Of a stretch of DNA of 20,000 bases, positions 1-9,360 are shown one piece after another. Numbering within the stretch: position 1 is the first letter of the stretch; each line of letters starts with the position of its first letter. Position numbers and translations under genes: made by a program. Origin of the DNA: Raillietiella orientalis (Eukaryota); NCBI GenBank assembly GCA_036172245.1, contig JAYWIR010000007.1, positions 5,391,574-5,411,573 on the forward strand, read 5' to 3'. The notes under the pieces are model-generated. The model was not told the origin of the DNA. It did no database searches and saw nothing but the letters and a program-made list of their open reading frames with translations.

Positions 1-378
1 GTTCTCATTGCGTTGACAACCGTTGGCAATTGGTATCTGATCTTTTCGATATCCTCCTCCTTGAACATACGTTGAGCGCCTTTTAGTTATCAGATCTGAG
101 TGGCAAATGAGATATAGTTACACGAATGTAAATGGCATTTTGCCTCACCACCTACCGGTTGAAAGTGAACCTCGCTAGGTAAGAGATGAAGATGAAGTGT
201 TGAAAGACTGTGCTGAAGTTGAATGCGTCAATACCCCCAAATCTCTACCCTTGCACTCAAACCCAAGTCTCGAAACGCGCGGACGTGCTTTGCTGCGCTC
301 CTCGCTTGTACTGTTTGAGTCCGTCTTTGTGAGCACTGTTTCGTTTCCTTGTGGTAACTGGAACCGGCTCATTCTTCC

Positions 379-1777
379 ATGGAGTGTGGGGAACGTTTAC
401 TACGGATTCCTAGTCTGCCGGACGCCTCACTGCCGGAGAGACTTCCCACCATCGTGAAGACAGAGCCAGCCGAAGGCGCGCCTGCAGACGTGGCAGAGTC
501 GCAAGCATACGTTGCCCAAGGCTACAAGCCTGTGCTCTGCTACAAGGTAAGTACCTTGGTTCCAGAGCAGACGGGTGACCAGCTGTGGAGAGAGCTGGAA
601 CGGGTCGGGGTCCGCGAGAGCGATCTTCTGGCTTTGATGCCAGTGAACCAGCTTCGACATTGGGAGGTACACTGCAAGGATGCAGCCCTCGTCCAGCGCC
701 TGCTTCAAACCCCGTTGACAGTCGATTGGCAGCAAGTCGTTCCTACTGTGATGGACCAGTCGATCGCACTCGAACTCTCGGCCATTCGGCCGGGAATCGC
801 CAACCGCGATTTGATCAGCGCGCTGGAGGCGTTCGCCACCGTGCACGCGTTGTGGAGGCATGTCAACCCAGCGAAAGAGGTTCCGAACCTCCACTGCGGA
901 CTCGCCACCGCGCGAGTCACCATGAATGACCGGTCTGAATTGCCTTCGCAAATGGAAATTCGTGACGCGGTCGTATTTATACGGTTGGTCGGCTAGAAGC
1001 CGGCATGCGGCAACCGCAGCAAAGAGAGCCACCGTCCGCGAAAGTGCCCCACGCGTAGTTGCCGTTACTGCAAAATGCTCGGCCACTTAATTAATCAGTG
1101 CGCCGAGCTGAGAAGTAAACGATGGGTGCCAAATCGCTCCGCAGATACGCCGTCCGCGTCGAATATTCCGGTCCAGTCGGTGGGCAAGAATTGCGGCGCG
1201 AGCGCGGTATGCTCGGAACGTGGCGCTGCCACGAAAGAACCCGCAGGCGTTTCAGCGGGCAGGGAACCGCGAAAGCTCGTGCCGAAGCGTGAACAGCCGC
1301 AACCCCCTGAGGAGAGGCCTGGCGCTACGCTGCAGGCGAAGAGCGGTGTCATAAAGCCTGCGGCGCCGTGCGCGTCGGTCGCCGTCCCTGAACAAAACGG
1401 CCGCGGCACGCGCGGAAATTCTGCCGCGGCCGTCAATGAGGGACGAGCACCCCTCATCCCGCGGAAGGCCAAGTCGTCAATGGTGACCCGTTCCGCAGGT
1501 AAAGCTGCGAAAACTCGTTCGAGTTTACGTCATTCCGACGCTTTGCGTTCACCTTCCGGTAAGGAGGAGCAAAATGCAAAGGAGGCGAGGGAGCTCCATT
1601 CCGCGATCGCGAAAGCGGAGCCTGTTGCGGAGACGGAAGGGCACTGCAGAGCATCCCTTGTCCAGCGAGGGAACTCCCGAGGATCGCGAAGCTGAATGGA
1701 CCTTGGTGGGAAGCAGAAAAAAGTACGTATTCAAGAAGAAGAGGTCTTCTCGCTTCCCCACAAGATTGGTGGGGTAA
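379..1777 (+). pseudogene. LINE ORF1 (gag-like nucleic-acid-binding protein with two zinc knuckles), disrupted
   Basis: ORFs 379-996 and 1075-1695 share one frame, split only by TAG at 994-996. Read-through gives G*KPA-CGNRSKESHRPRKC-PTRS-CRYCKMLGHLINQC: an intact CX2CX4HX4C at 1060-1101 and a first knuckle at 1006-1047 whose second Cys is CGC (Arg). A low-complexity basic tail and a frameshifted EWTLVGSRKK segment follow. Confidence 0.85.
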
Positions 1778-2192
1778 AAAGGCAGTCCCGCGGGCCAAAA
1801 AAGGCAACAGCCGCAGTCACGATCGGCCGACTCTTGAGGTCTTGAAAGAGGCTAAGGCAGAGGCGGCACGCACCGCCAATGCTGGAAGAGCATCGAGCTG
1901 CCAGCAGGCAAAAAAGCAGGCCAAACGCCTGTGTCGTGTGCGGCGCGACATTCCGACTCCGATGAGGACAAAGTGCGCAAAAGTGCGCGAAAGCCCGGTA
2001 CTACCTGGACAGACGCGAAGCCAAATTTTCCAGGCGTAAGTCTGATGGTGGGAACGGTTCCCGATGCTCGGAGCCCGAGGCAATGCTCCTCGACACCCCG
2101 TGCGGCGCGGCGGAGGCAGGGGGCGGTTGTGCTCCCCAATCTGCCACGCTCTCGGTTGATGCCTCGCCGAACGGAGCGAGGAACGCGCCGCC

Positions 2193-4822
2193 ATGTCCGC
2201 AGCCGTAAAGCGCGTTCTCGAATCTTCTCGTCGCGTCCGAGTGGCCTGTTGGAACGTCAACGGGCTGCAGGACAACGAGAAGGGGCGATTGGTTGCTAAC
2301 GTTTTGCACGACTTCGATCTGGCCCTGCTGCAGGAGATTCACGCTCTCACCGAACAGCAAGCGGCCAATCTTGCAGATCGCGCAGGCGGGACGCTCCATT
2401 GGAAGAATACTTCTCCCAGAATACCTGCGGAGTAGCATACCTTGTCCGGGGCAAGGTGGCGGTGCGGTGCGGAACGCTTGTTCCGACGAGGAAGGTCGTG
2501 TGGGCCAACTTGTTCTCAAGTGGTCCGAATCGATCGACCTTGTCGTCACGAACGTGTACGCGCCGTGTGGCTCCGTGCGTCACACCGAGAAACTCGGTGA
2601 CCACCCCATGCCGTCCGAGCTGTCCGACCACCACAGGCTGGAATTTGAGCTACTCCCGCCTGGAAAGGGCCCTCTGACGCACGTCTGGAGGTTGCCGACC
2701 GACTGGCTGAAGAACCCAGTGGCTGCGGAACACCTCCGCCAGCATCTCCAGGGCTTGGTCGTTCGAGAGCTTGCGGACTGGGAAGAGTTTTGCTGCCGGT
2801 TTCCCATGCTCCCCTGCTGCTTCTGGGAAAGCGTGGCCAACGGCAGACCGTTTTTGCAGGTCCGCACTTCTTCCCGCTTCCCGGACGTCCGGCATCTTGC
2901 GGAATAGAAGGCGAAAGCTGAGCGCCATGTCTGGCACTCAAGAGCGGCTTGTCTGCTTGACGAACAGGGCCTGGAATGCTCGGCCTACGGCTTTTGCCGG
3001 CCGATGCCCCTGCTGTCAACGAGGAGGAACGCGCAACCTTGGATCTGCCCTTCACGGCGGGAAAAGTGCCTTCTTCCGCCATAGCGTGCCTGAAGAGGCG
3101 AAAGTCTCCTGGTGAGGATGGCCTGCCTGAGGAGTTCTTCCAGTGCTTCGCGGCGGAACTCATCCCTTTCTTCGCTGATACGAGAGTCCGAATCACCTTG
3201 GTGAATACAGGCGTCTTCTTGTAATCCAAGCTGTGGGTTGCGCGCTTAGGAAGAATCGCGGAATCCGTGGTAAGTCCGGAGCAGTCGTACGCTGTTCCCG
3301 GACGGTCCATGGAGGCGAACCTTTTCTTCGCGCGCACACGGATACAGCTACAGCTGCGCGTTGCGCGCTGTAGCTGTAGCTGTGGTAGGGAAAACGTGAG
3401 CGCTTACGGCGAGAGGAAACGCCGGGTGCCTTGTCGCTCGCGGTCGATCTCTATAAAGCGTTCTACTGTGTCAACTAGAAACTTCTTTAGAGTGTGGTCG
3501 TTCGTGTCGGTGCGGCGTTGGTGGGGCAGTCCTACTGGATCTGCCTGGAGATCCCCACGGCCAGGTATTTCGAGTATCTTGTGGAAGTTCGTCGTTGCCC
3601 CCCTCTTTCGCCTGCTCTTTTTCGTTTGCCCGCCCCCTTGCTCGGCCAAGCTACAGGCAACTTGCCTGTTCAGAAACGCTCTGTGGGGTCCAGCGAGGTC
3701 CAGGATCCGACTCAAGGACTTGGTGACCCGGATCCTGAACGCCGGCTTAGGCATCCTGACATTGGAGCGCATCGAACTGCAGTTGCAGCTCCAGATGTTG
3801 GCGCTTGGTGCCAACTATGGTCGTCCCCTTGGTGTGCTCCCGCGCGCCTGCTACAGAGGCGCTGCGTCGGTAGCGAGGGACTGCTTTCGCTTCTGCCGCA
3901 TGTGGAACACGCCACGAAGAACTTTGGTTTCCCCCTGAAACCCATCTACAGGCTGTTGCAAGCCCATTCTTGGATCTCCTGCCGCCCTGCCAACTTCAGC
4001 GCCTGGAGGCAGGAAGCCTTATCTTTCTGGGCCAAGCATCTGGAAGTGCCACTTACGCAACTACGTTGCGTGCGACTCTTCCCTTATTTTCCACTGGAGG
4101 ATGTGATGCAAGACCAGGGCAAGTGGACGAGCCTGGCCACCACGCCGCTCGCCTGTCTGCCCTGAGGGCAAGAGTAGACAGTTGCCTACTGGCAAGGTGG
4201 GAGGTCTTCTGCAACATTGCAGGAGCCACCCGACCCATGGATGGCTGGAGAATTAGCGAGCTGGCACACGCCGTCACGCCTTGCAACATCGCGAAGGGAA
4301 TCCTTCCGTGGAGCGTGAACTGTGTGCTTACCGAAGTACTTGTGGTCCCTCCGTCTCTCAACACCTCAAGTGTTCCCTCTTGTATGGAAACAGGACGTGT
4401 TTCTGCTGGTGCATTGGGGCTTTCATTCCAGCCAGAGCACGAACATTGTTTCCGTCTCCTCGAACTGTGGACGGTACGGAGAAGCGAAAACGCTCACCCA
4501 CCTGCTCTTTGACTGCGGTAATCTCAATAGTCTGTGGCGCAGACAAGCATCAGCACTGCAACACCGAGGGGACAAAGCATGGACCATAATGCGCTGCTTC
4601 TTCAGCCCAGGCGGCCTATCGTTAGGTGCGATCGTTGCAACCATCCGGTGCGTCCGCGCCATCGTTAAGGTCCGCCGCCAATTGAAGTCACAGGCCATCA
4701 CTGGAATCGCCGTCAACAACATGACGTCGGCAGCCAGGGCGCGTCATCTTATAGAAGACGTCAGGAAGGAAATCTCTCGCATTCAACGCCGTTTCTGGGA
4801 TCGAGGAACGTTTAACGCCTAA
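2193..4822 (+). pseudogene. LINE ORF2 (APE endonuclease, reverse transcriptase, C-terminal zinc motif), frameshifted and internally deleted
   Basis: Endonuclease motifs: VACWNVNGL, DLALLQEIH, CGVAYLV, VTNVYAP, LSDHH, WRL. RT motifs: KSPGEDGLPEEFF, SPEQSYAVPGRSMEANL, VDLYKAF, CPPLSPALF. Post-RT: LWG..RI..L..AGLGI. C-terminal: C..(Y)GEAKTLTHLLFDC. The GDFN and YADD motifs were not found, apparently deleted. Confidence 0.92.
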
Positions 4823-4847
4823 GACCCCTGTCCCCAAATCTCTCCAA

Positions 4848-4975
4848 ATATTTATATATATATATTTTTTCATATATTTTTGTTTTCCCGGTGTTCCCGC
4901 CCCCTCACGTTTCGAGCTCTTATGTTTACCGACCGGCGTGTCGGGGTTCCCTCCTTTTTTTTTTTTTTTTTTTTT
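4848..4975 (+). repeat. (TA)n run and T21 tract in the LINE 3'UTR
   Basis: TATATA run around 4848-4865; T run at 4955-4975. Confidence 0.9.
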
Positions 4976-5014
4976 CTTGTATCGTTGTCTGAGAATCTTT
5001 GTTCTTAGTTCTTC

Positions 5015-5046
5015 AATAAACTCCCCGGCGCAATCTGGGGAAAAAA
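5015..5046 (+). promoter_or_regulatory. LINE 3' end: polyadenylation signal, GCAA-loop stem-loop and short A tail
   Basis: AATAAA at 5015-5020; CCCCGG-c-GCAA-t-CTGGGG at 5023-5040; AAAAAA at 5041-5046. Confidence 0.65.
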
Positions 5047-5339
5047 GATGAAATTCGTTGGGATCACTCTTTTGGCTCTCTGAATCGGAATAGAAACTTT
5101 GAAATTCAACAAAAATTCCTCTATCTTTTCTATTTCAATGTGGTCAGATCCCGACAAATCTCCACCTTTGCACGCAAACGAAAACCGCGGGATCCTATTG
5201 ACTTTGGTCGCCATTCTCAGAGATGAAATTGGTTGAGATGACTCTCCATTGGCTTTCTGCATTGGAATAAAAGCTCCAAAATCCAACACAAGAATTTCTG
5301 TATCATTTCCCTAACCAACTCTAGGACAAATTGGTAAAA

Positions 5340-6018
5340 TTGTTCAATATTACAATGTGAACCATATATCCAAAGATGCTTTTGAACTGCTTCCTTAGGG
5401 AGAAGGCGTCAAGAAAGAAACTGAGATGTTGGAATGGCAAACATTTGTTTCTTTGCTAGGGATCAGCACCCAACGGTGGGCGATGCTCCATATGAAAAAG
5501 GAGCAGGAGTGATCATGAGCCCTGATGTGGCCGGAGATTCGATTGATGGTGCGCTTTCTGCTGGCAGGGATACTGAATTTCCTTATATGACTCCATATGG
5601 CACGAAACAGCATGGAAGCTTTGCAGAAGAATTGATAAGATTCACTCCTATGGCGATATTGTGTTTACGATTTGAGGGAGTTGTCCAAAGAGTCGTTGAT
5701 GAGCGCACTCGTAATGAGTTAACAAGAGAAAATGATGTTCTTCCAGGATGTGAGCCAGCTGCGATGGTACTTCTTGATCCATGTGTTTGACTTCTTCCTG
5801 CTGGAATAAGTAATTGATGAACGTTCTCGTTGTGGAGGTGGTATGCTTGAGTACCCTCCATATTCGAGACCTAAGCAGTGGACAGAACACGGAATGCCGT
5901 TCCGTTCCCTGCAAATTACAAACAAAAAAGTGATTGGAGGCGGAAACGGTCTGAAGTGTTAACAAAATGGAGTAGCCCTGAATTATTAGATGTAACGAGA
6001 AGGGACAAATTCACTTGG
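5340..6018 (+). pseudogene. trmD: tRNA (guanine37-N1)-methyltransferase pseudogene, Wolbachia/Anaplasmataceae-like
   Basis: Across frameshifts it reads FNITM*TIYPKM ... NICFFARDQHPTVGDAPYEKGAGVIMSPDV ... YMTPYGTK ... ILCLRFEGVVQRVVD ... VLPGCEPAAMVLLDPCV*LLP ... GGGMLEYPPYSRPKQW ... NYKQKSDWRRKRSEVLTK..PELL..DKFT. This is collinear with TrmD motifs (TVDDxPYGGGAG, CGRFEG, GGEPAA, LEYPxYTRP, WR..PELL). Internal stops at 5358 and 5788. Confidence 0.95.
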
Positions 6019-6038
6019 AGCAAATGCCAGTGTTGGCT
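6002..6038 (+). pseudogene. rplS: 5' remnant of 50S ribosomal protein L19 overlapping the trmD end
   Basis: An overlapping frame reads (G)TNSL../EQMPVLA, resembling the N-terminus of Wolbachia L19 as I recall it (MTNLL..QQMQxLA). trmD-rplS is a conserved gene order. The match is very short. Confidence 0.45.
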
Positions 6039-6109
6039 TGCAGTTGTTGCATATGCAATACGTCACACATCACTTTAGAACCCTATTAAACTTTCCATAA
6101 GATGATAAA

Positions 6110-6640
6110 TGGATCCACATTCTAAGTGGACAAACTGTGGTTCGCCAGTGTCAGCGCTGTGCTTCAAAAAGTAGAGTGATCCACGGAGGACGACAAAGGA
6201 AAGCACACGGTATTTCATCGTGGGTGCCGTATGGTACGATCGACCACGGCCATGGGGCAATGAATTCGAATCGTGATAGCGGAAGCCTTTATAGGAACGG
6301 GGAGTAACTGGGAAAACGGAGTCATAACCGTAGGAATGATCCGTAGGAATATCGGCTCATATAGCTGTGAGGGATGTTTTCCAAAGAGCTAAACGTAGGT
6401 CTTCAACCGCACTTCGGCAGCAATCACCAAAACTACAGAAAATATACCGAGACAGGCGTTTTTTGGGAAGAGAGTTCTTTAGTGCTACCAGTGGACATAT
6501 GACAGATGAAGTGATTAATGGGTTCATTAATAAACATCAACCTGGAACTCTATCTAGCTCAAGATTGGAGTGGCTTCAGCTTCTTACCGCGCTTGCAACT
6601 CAATGTGCAACCTTTCGGCTTCGGCCGATAGTGCTTCCCG
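6110..6640 (+). mobile_element. Decayed IS200-family (IS200/IS605) bacterial insertion sequence; ends approximate
   Basis: A tnpA remnant is flanked by hairpins: left TCCAC-N7-GTGGA (6114-6130), right CTtTCGGC-TTCG-GCCGAtAG (6612-6631). No terminal inverted repeats, as expected for this family. Total length about 0.55 kb. Confidence 0.8.
6183..6573 (+). pseudogene. tnpA: IS200-type Y1 (HUH) transposase pseudogene
   Basis: Reads (ACG)EDDKGKHTVFHRGCRMVRSTT ... *IRIVIAEAFIGTGSNWENGVIT ...frameshift... ISAHIAVRDVFQRAKRRSSTALRQQSPKLQKIYRDRRFLGREFFSATSGHMTDEVINGFINKH. Family pattern: GxHTVFHHRYHxVW-KY / IPPHIAVSD..RxKGRSS..LQQEFPxL.K.YW...FWxRGYFSxTSG..TDE.I..YI..H. The HUH motif is deleted and the catalytic Tyr position is Phe. 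Confidence 0.88.
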
Positions 6641-7111
6641 AACGGGACATCCTAGATGAATCCATTCCATGTGTACATCCAATGGCATTTTGCAGCGAAA
6701 TGTGTTTATTCAGGGTGTAACTCACTGAAGATTCAGAAAGAACTTTGTGCAACGAAAATGTGCTTCGTTCGTCCTTTGCCCTCTGCAATAGATTGCGCCT
6801 ACATTACATTTAGGCACTCGAAGTCTACGGGAAACAAGCAAATATGCATAACCACCGTGGAAAATGGTAACCAAATATTCACAGTGCATACATGTTTGAG
6901 GCCATTTTGTAATCCAATGTTATTTCAAAGAGCTTACTCTGGAAAATTCTGTCCAGTCTTGACAAGATGCGGAGTCTGAACTGGAAAAACTGTAAGAAGC
7001 ATTGAAAAAAATAGAGCACCGGAAAGAATTGCCCTAAGAAAGTATTTAGAACCACGTCAAAATTGGCGATAATGAACCAATTTCATGAGAATACCACTTT
7101 AGCCTTTGCAA

Positions 7112-7480
7112 TCATGCGGAAGGGACATTAGCATAGTAGTTGAAAATCACGTTCCTAGGCAACGCTCCCATTTCCTCAAAATGACAAACACTTCCATCCA
7201 TGTCTTTGATTCGAAAAGAAACTTTGCTGAACTTCTTCAGGAAGAGCTTCTCATCATCGGGGAGTTCCCTCGTCTTTTGCGCATTTCCAATATGGTAGCC
7301 GATGACGCTCATTTTTCCTTTCCTTCGAGTATCACTTTATTTCAACATATTTCAACCATTGCACCGTTGTTCCTATCACTCCATCTTTCTACAAGTCTTC
7401 ATCGTCGGTTTTCCGAATTTTTCTCTCCCCCCCCCCTCTTCCTCTACATATTCCCTTCATTTCTCAGTGGAAAAGATTAC
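7112..7480 (-). pseudogene. Unidentified decayed coding-like segment, possibly a continuation of the endosymbiont-derived block
   Basis: Purine-rich minus strand; one frame reads through several stops into GYHIGNAQKTRELPDDEKLFLKKFSKVSFRIKDMDGSVCHFEEMG. No motif recognised. Confidence 0.25.
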
Positions 7481-8035
7481 TAATTTTCCTACTGATTTTC
7501 GTCATCTGATCGGTAATTTGCGCATTCCAATTACAGATTAAGACAAGCAAATTGCAGTTTTCTCCAAACTTGAAACGTGTATTTTGCAGGCAAATAATAA
7601 CAGGCCTTCAATTCTGCAGTTGAATGAGTGCAATCATGATTTGCTGGGACTCTGGATCTCTGCATTTGAACCTCTGGCGTCCTGTGTATTTCTGGCTGGA
7701 ATAAAATATTCGCTCAATAAGGGAGGGTAGGGATATTCGTTCCATGGATGGGAAGGCCTTCCCACCCAAGCAACCCCCCAGTTTTCAGTTTGCTATCATT
7801 CCTCAACAGATTCTTACATCCTATAGGTCGCTGAAACACATGGAAGGATTCAAACACGCTGAATGTCACTCTATTAGAGGCTTTGCAAAACCCGGCTGCA
7901 GATGTCCCGCCACGAAGACGCACGCTACTTACGGATGCGCTCTACCCCCTCCCGCCACGGATGGCCAACGGTTGACCCGCTAGCCGCAAAAAGACGCAGC
8001 CTGCAGTTGCCTTAGGCGGCACAGCTCCTTCTGGT

Positions 8036-9360
8036 GTGCGTGCAGCTTTCATGAGAGGGAACGCTTGGAGCGAACCAGCCGAAAAGCTCCGCCGCGCACC
8101 AACGTCCGTGGCAGCGCGCCCACACTCCCACCGTCCGGCTGACGAGCCGGCGATCGCGCCTGCGGTGCCCACGCGCCTTCCTGCGCGCGCTCCCACCCGT
8201 GTTCCGCGACCAAAGCCGAGCGCGAGCTGGGCGCCAACGAGTTGCCGCGCACGCCGACGCCAGGAGGCGGCGCGATCGGAGCGCAGCCCTTACCGAAGAC
8301 AGACGACGCCTTCCCGCTGGCCGCTCGCTCGGCTGTCGTCGGCACCCCCGCTGCCTGCAGCTGCCCGCTGCCCGCTGAAAACAACCCCTGCGAAGCGCCC
8401 AGCGCGACGAACAGCACGTCGGCGTGAAGCTCGGTGGACAGAAGACTGGCCTGGGCACCCTACGCTGCCTGAAGAAGCGCCTCCTCCACGCAAGTCGACG
8501 ATTCCTCCGTCCCTGAAACGAAAGGAAAGAAATGAATTTCGTTCACGGAAGACGAATCTTCCGTGGCGTTTTCCGCAGAGCACCCTCCACCCTCTTCGCG
8601 GCTTGCAGTCGAGCTCGTCCGAGCGTTCTGGTGCTCCACAACGTACGTGGGGAAGCGGCCGAGGTCCAAGGACGAGTGCCGATCTCGCCGTGCCGCGTGC
8701 TGCTGAGAAATGCAGCCGAGATTCAGGAGAGCACGCCGAACAGCACACAGCCCGCGTCCGTCGAACGCAGGCACCTGGAGCAGTTGGCTGCGCCAGGCAC
8801 CACGCACGACGCCGTCCATGGCGCGCCGGTAGACGCCGCTCCAGCTCCACTGGCAGCACTCCTCCTGCATCTGGAAAAAGCAGCGAAATTGGCGTTCGGC
8901 TCGTCGCCATCGGGCAGACTGGTTCGGCTGCTTCGCACGCGGGCGAGCGGATGGGGAAGCCAGCGCGGAAGCGTCCATTCAGCTCGCCCAGCGAAACGGT
9001 GAGCGCGCACGAACGCGATCCGAGCCACGCTCCCAGCGGGCAACGGAGAGGACGGGCACGGGCGCCCACTCCATCGCCCGGCCCGCCGCACGTCGCTCAG
9101 CTCTCTCTCTGCACTCTCGAGCACCAAGCATGGACCGCTGGAGAGCGAGCGCTGGCAAGCGGCGTGCGAAGCAGGCAAGACGGCGCAGGCGCGCCCGCAG
9201 CGGCGGTGGCCGGCGTGGGGTCACCGCCGGCGGCAGCCACAGCCGCCGCTTGCGCGCGCCCCGTCCCGCTCGCTGGCTGACCCCTGCGCCTCGCATCCGG
9301 CGCCGCTTGCCCACCGCGCCAGCGCCCAACCTACCTTCTCACCCTCCGGCGTCGCACTGC
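8036..9360. other. GC/CpG-rich island of unknown origin
   Basis: Sharp compositional shift. The long overlapping ORFs on both strands are Arg/Pro/Ala-rich and have no recognisable domain. Confidence 0.6.

Larger units (their letters stand above)
379..5046 (+). mobile_element. Degenerate non-LTR retrotransposon, L1/Tx1-like clade; 5' end uncertain, probably between ~197 and 379
   Basis: Ordered ORF1 (CCHC knuckles), then ORF2 (APE endonuclease, RT, C-terminal Cys/His motif), then a 3'UTR with AATAAA (5015-5020) and A6 (5041-5046). Many stops, frameshifts and internal deletions. Confidence 0.92.

Noticed and set aside
994..996. Programmed stop-codon readthrough in ORF1
   Set aside because: The element has many other disabling lesions, so a CAG>TAG mutation is the simpler explanation.
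4955..4975. T21 as the poly(A) tail of a minus-strand retroelement, or as a bacterial terminator
   Set aside because: It lies between the ORF2 stop and the plus-strand AATAAA/A tail, so it is most simply part of the LINE 3'UTR. No minus-strand element body is visible.
5047..5306. TolB-like (PRFS) or porin-like (NDTEI) gene divergent from trmD
   Set aside because: The motifs are only 4-5 residues long with inconsistent spacing; left unassigned.
6075..6260. Minus-strand ORF with YHTAPTMKYR resembling the IS200 YHxxxxxKYR motif
   Set aside because: The plus strand of the same bases gives the collinear TnpA N-terminus (DKGKHTVFH) in the same orientation as the C-terminus, so the antisense resemblance is coincidental.
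6656..6979. IQWHFAAKC resembling a radical-SAM N-terminus
   Set aside because: No CxxxCxxC motif follows.
6574..7700. tnpB/Fanzor nuclease next to tnpA
   Set aside because: The right-end hairpin follows tnpA directly, and no RuvC or zinc-finger motifs were seen.
8036..9280. 414-aa ORF as a real gene
   Set aside because: GTG start, Arg/Pro/Ala composition and long overlapping ORFs in several frames are explained by high GC; no domain recognised.
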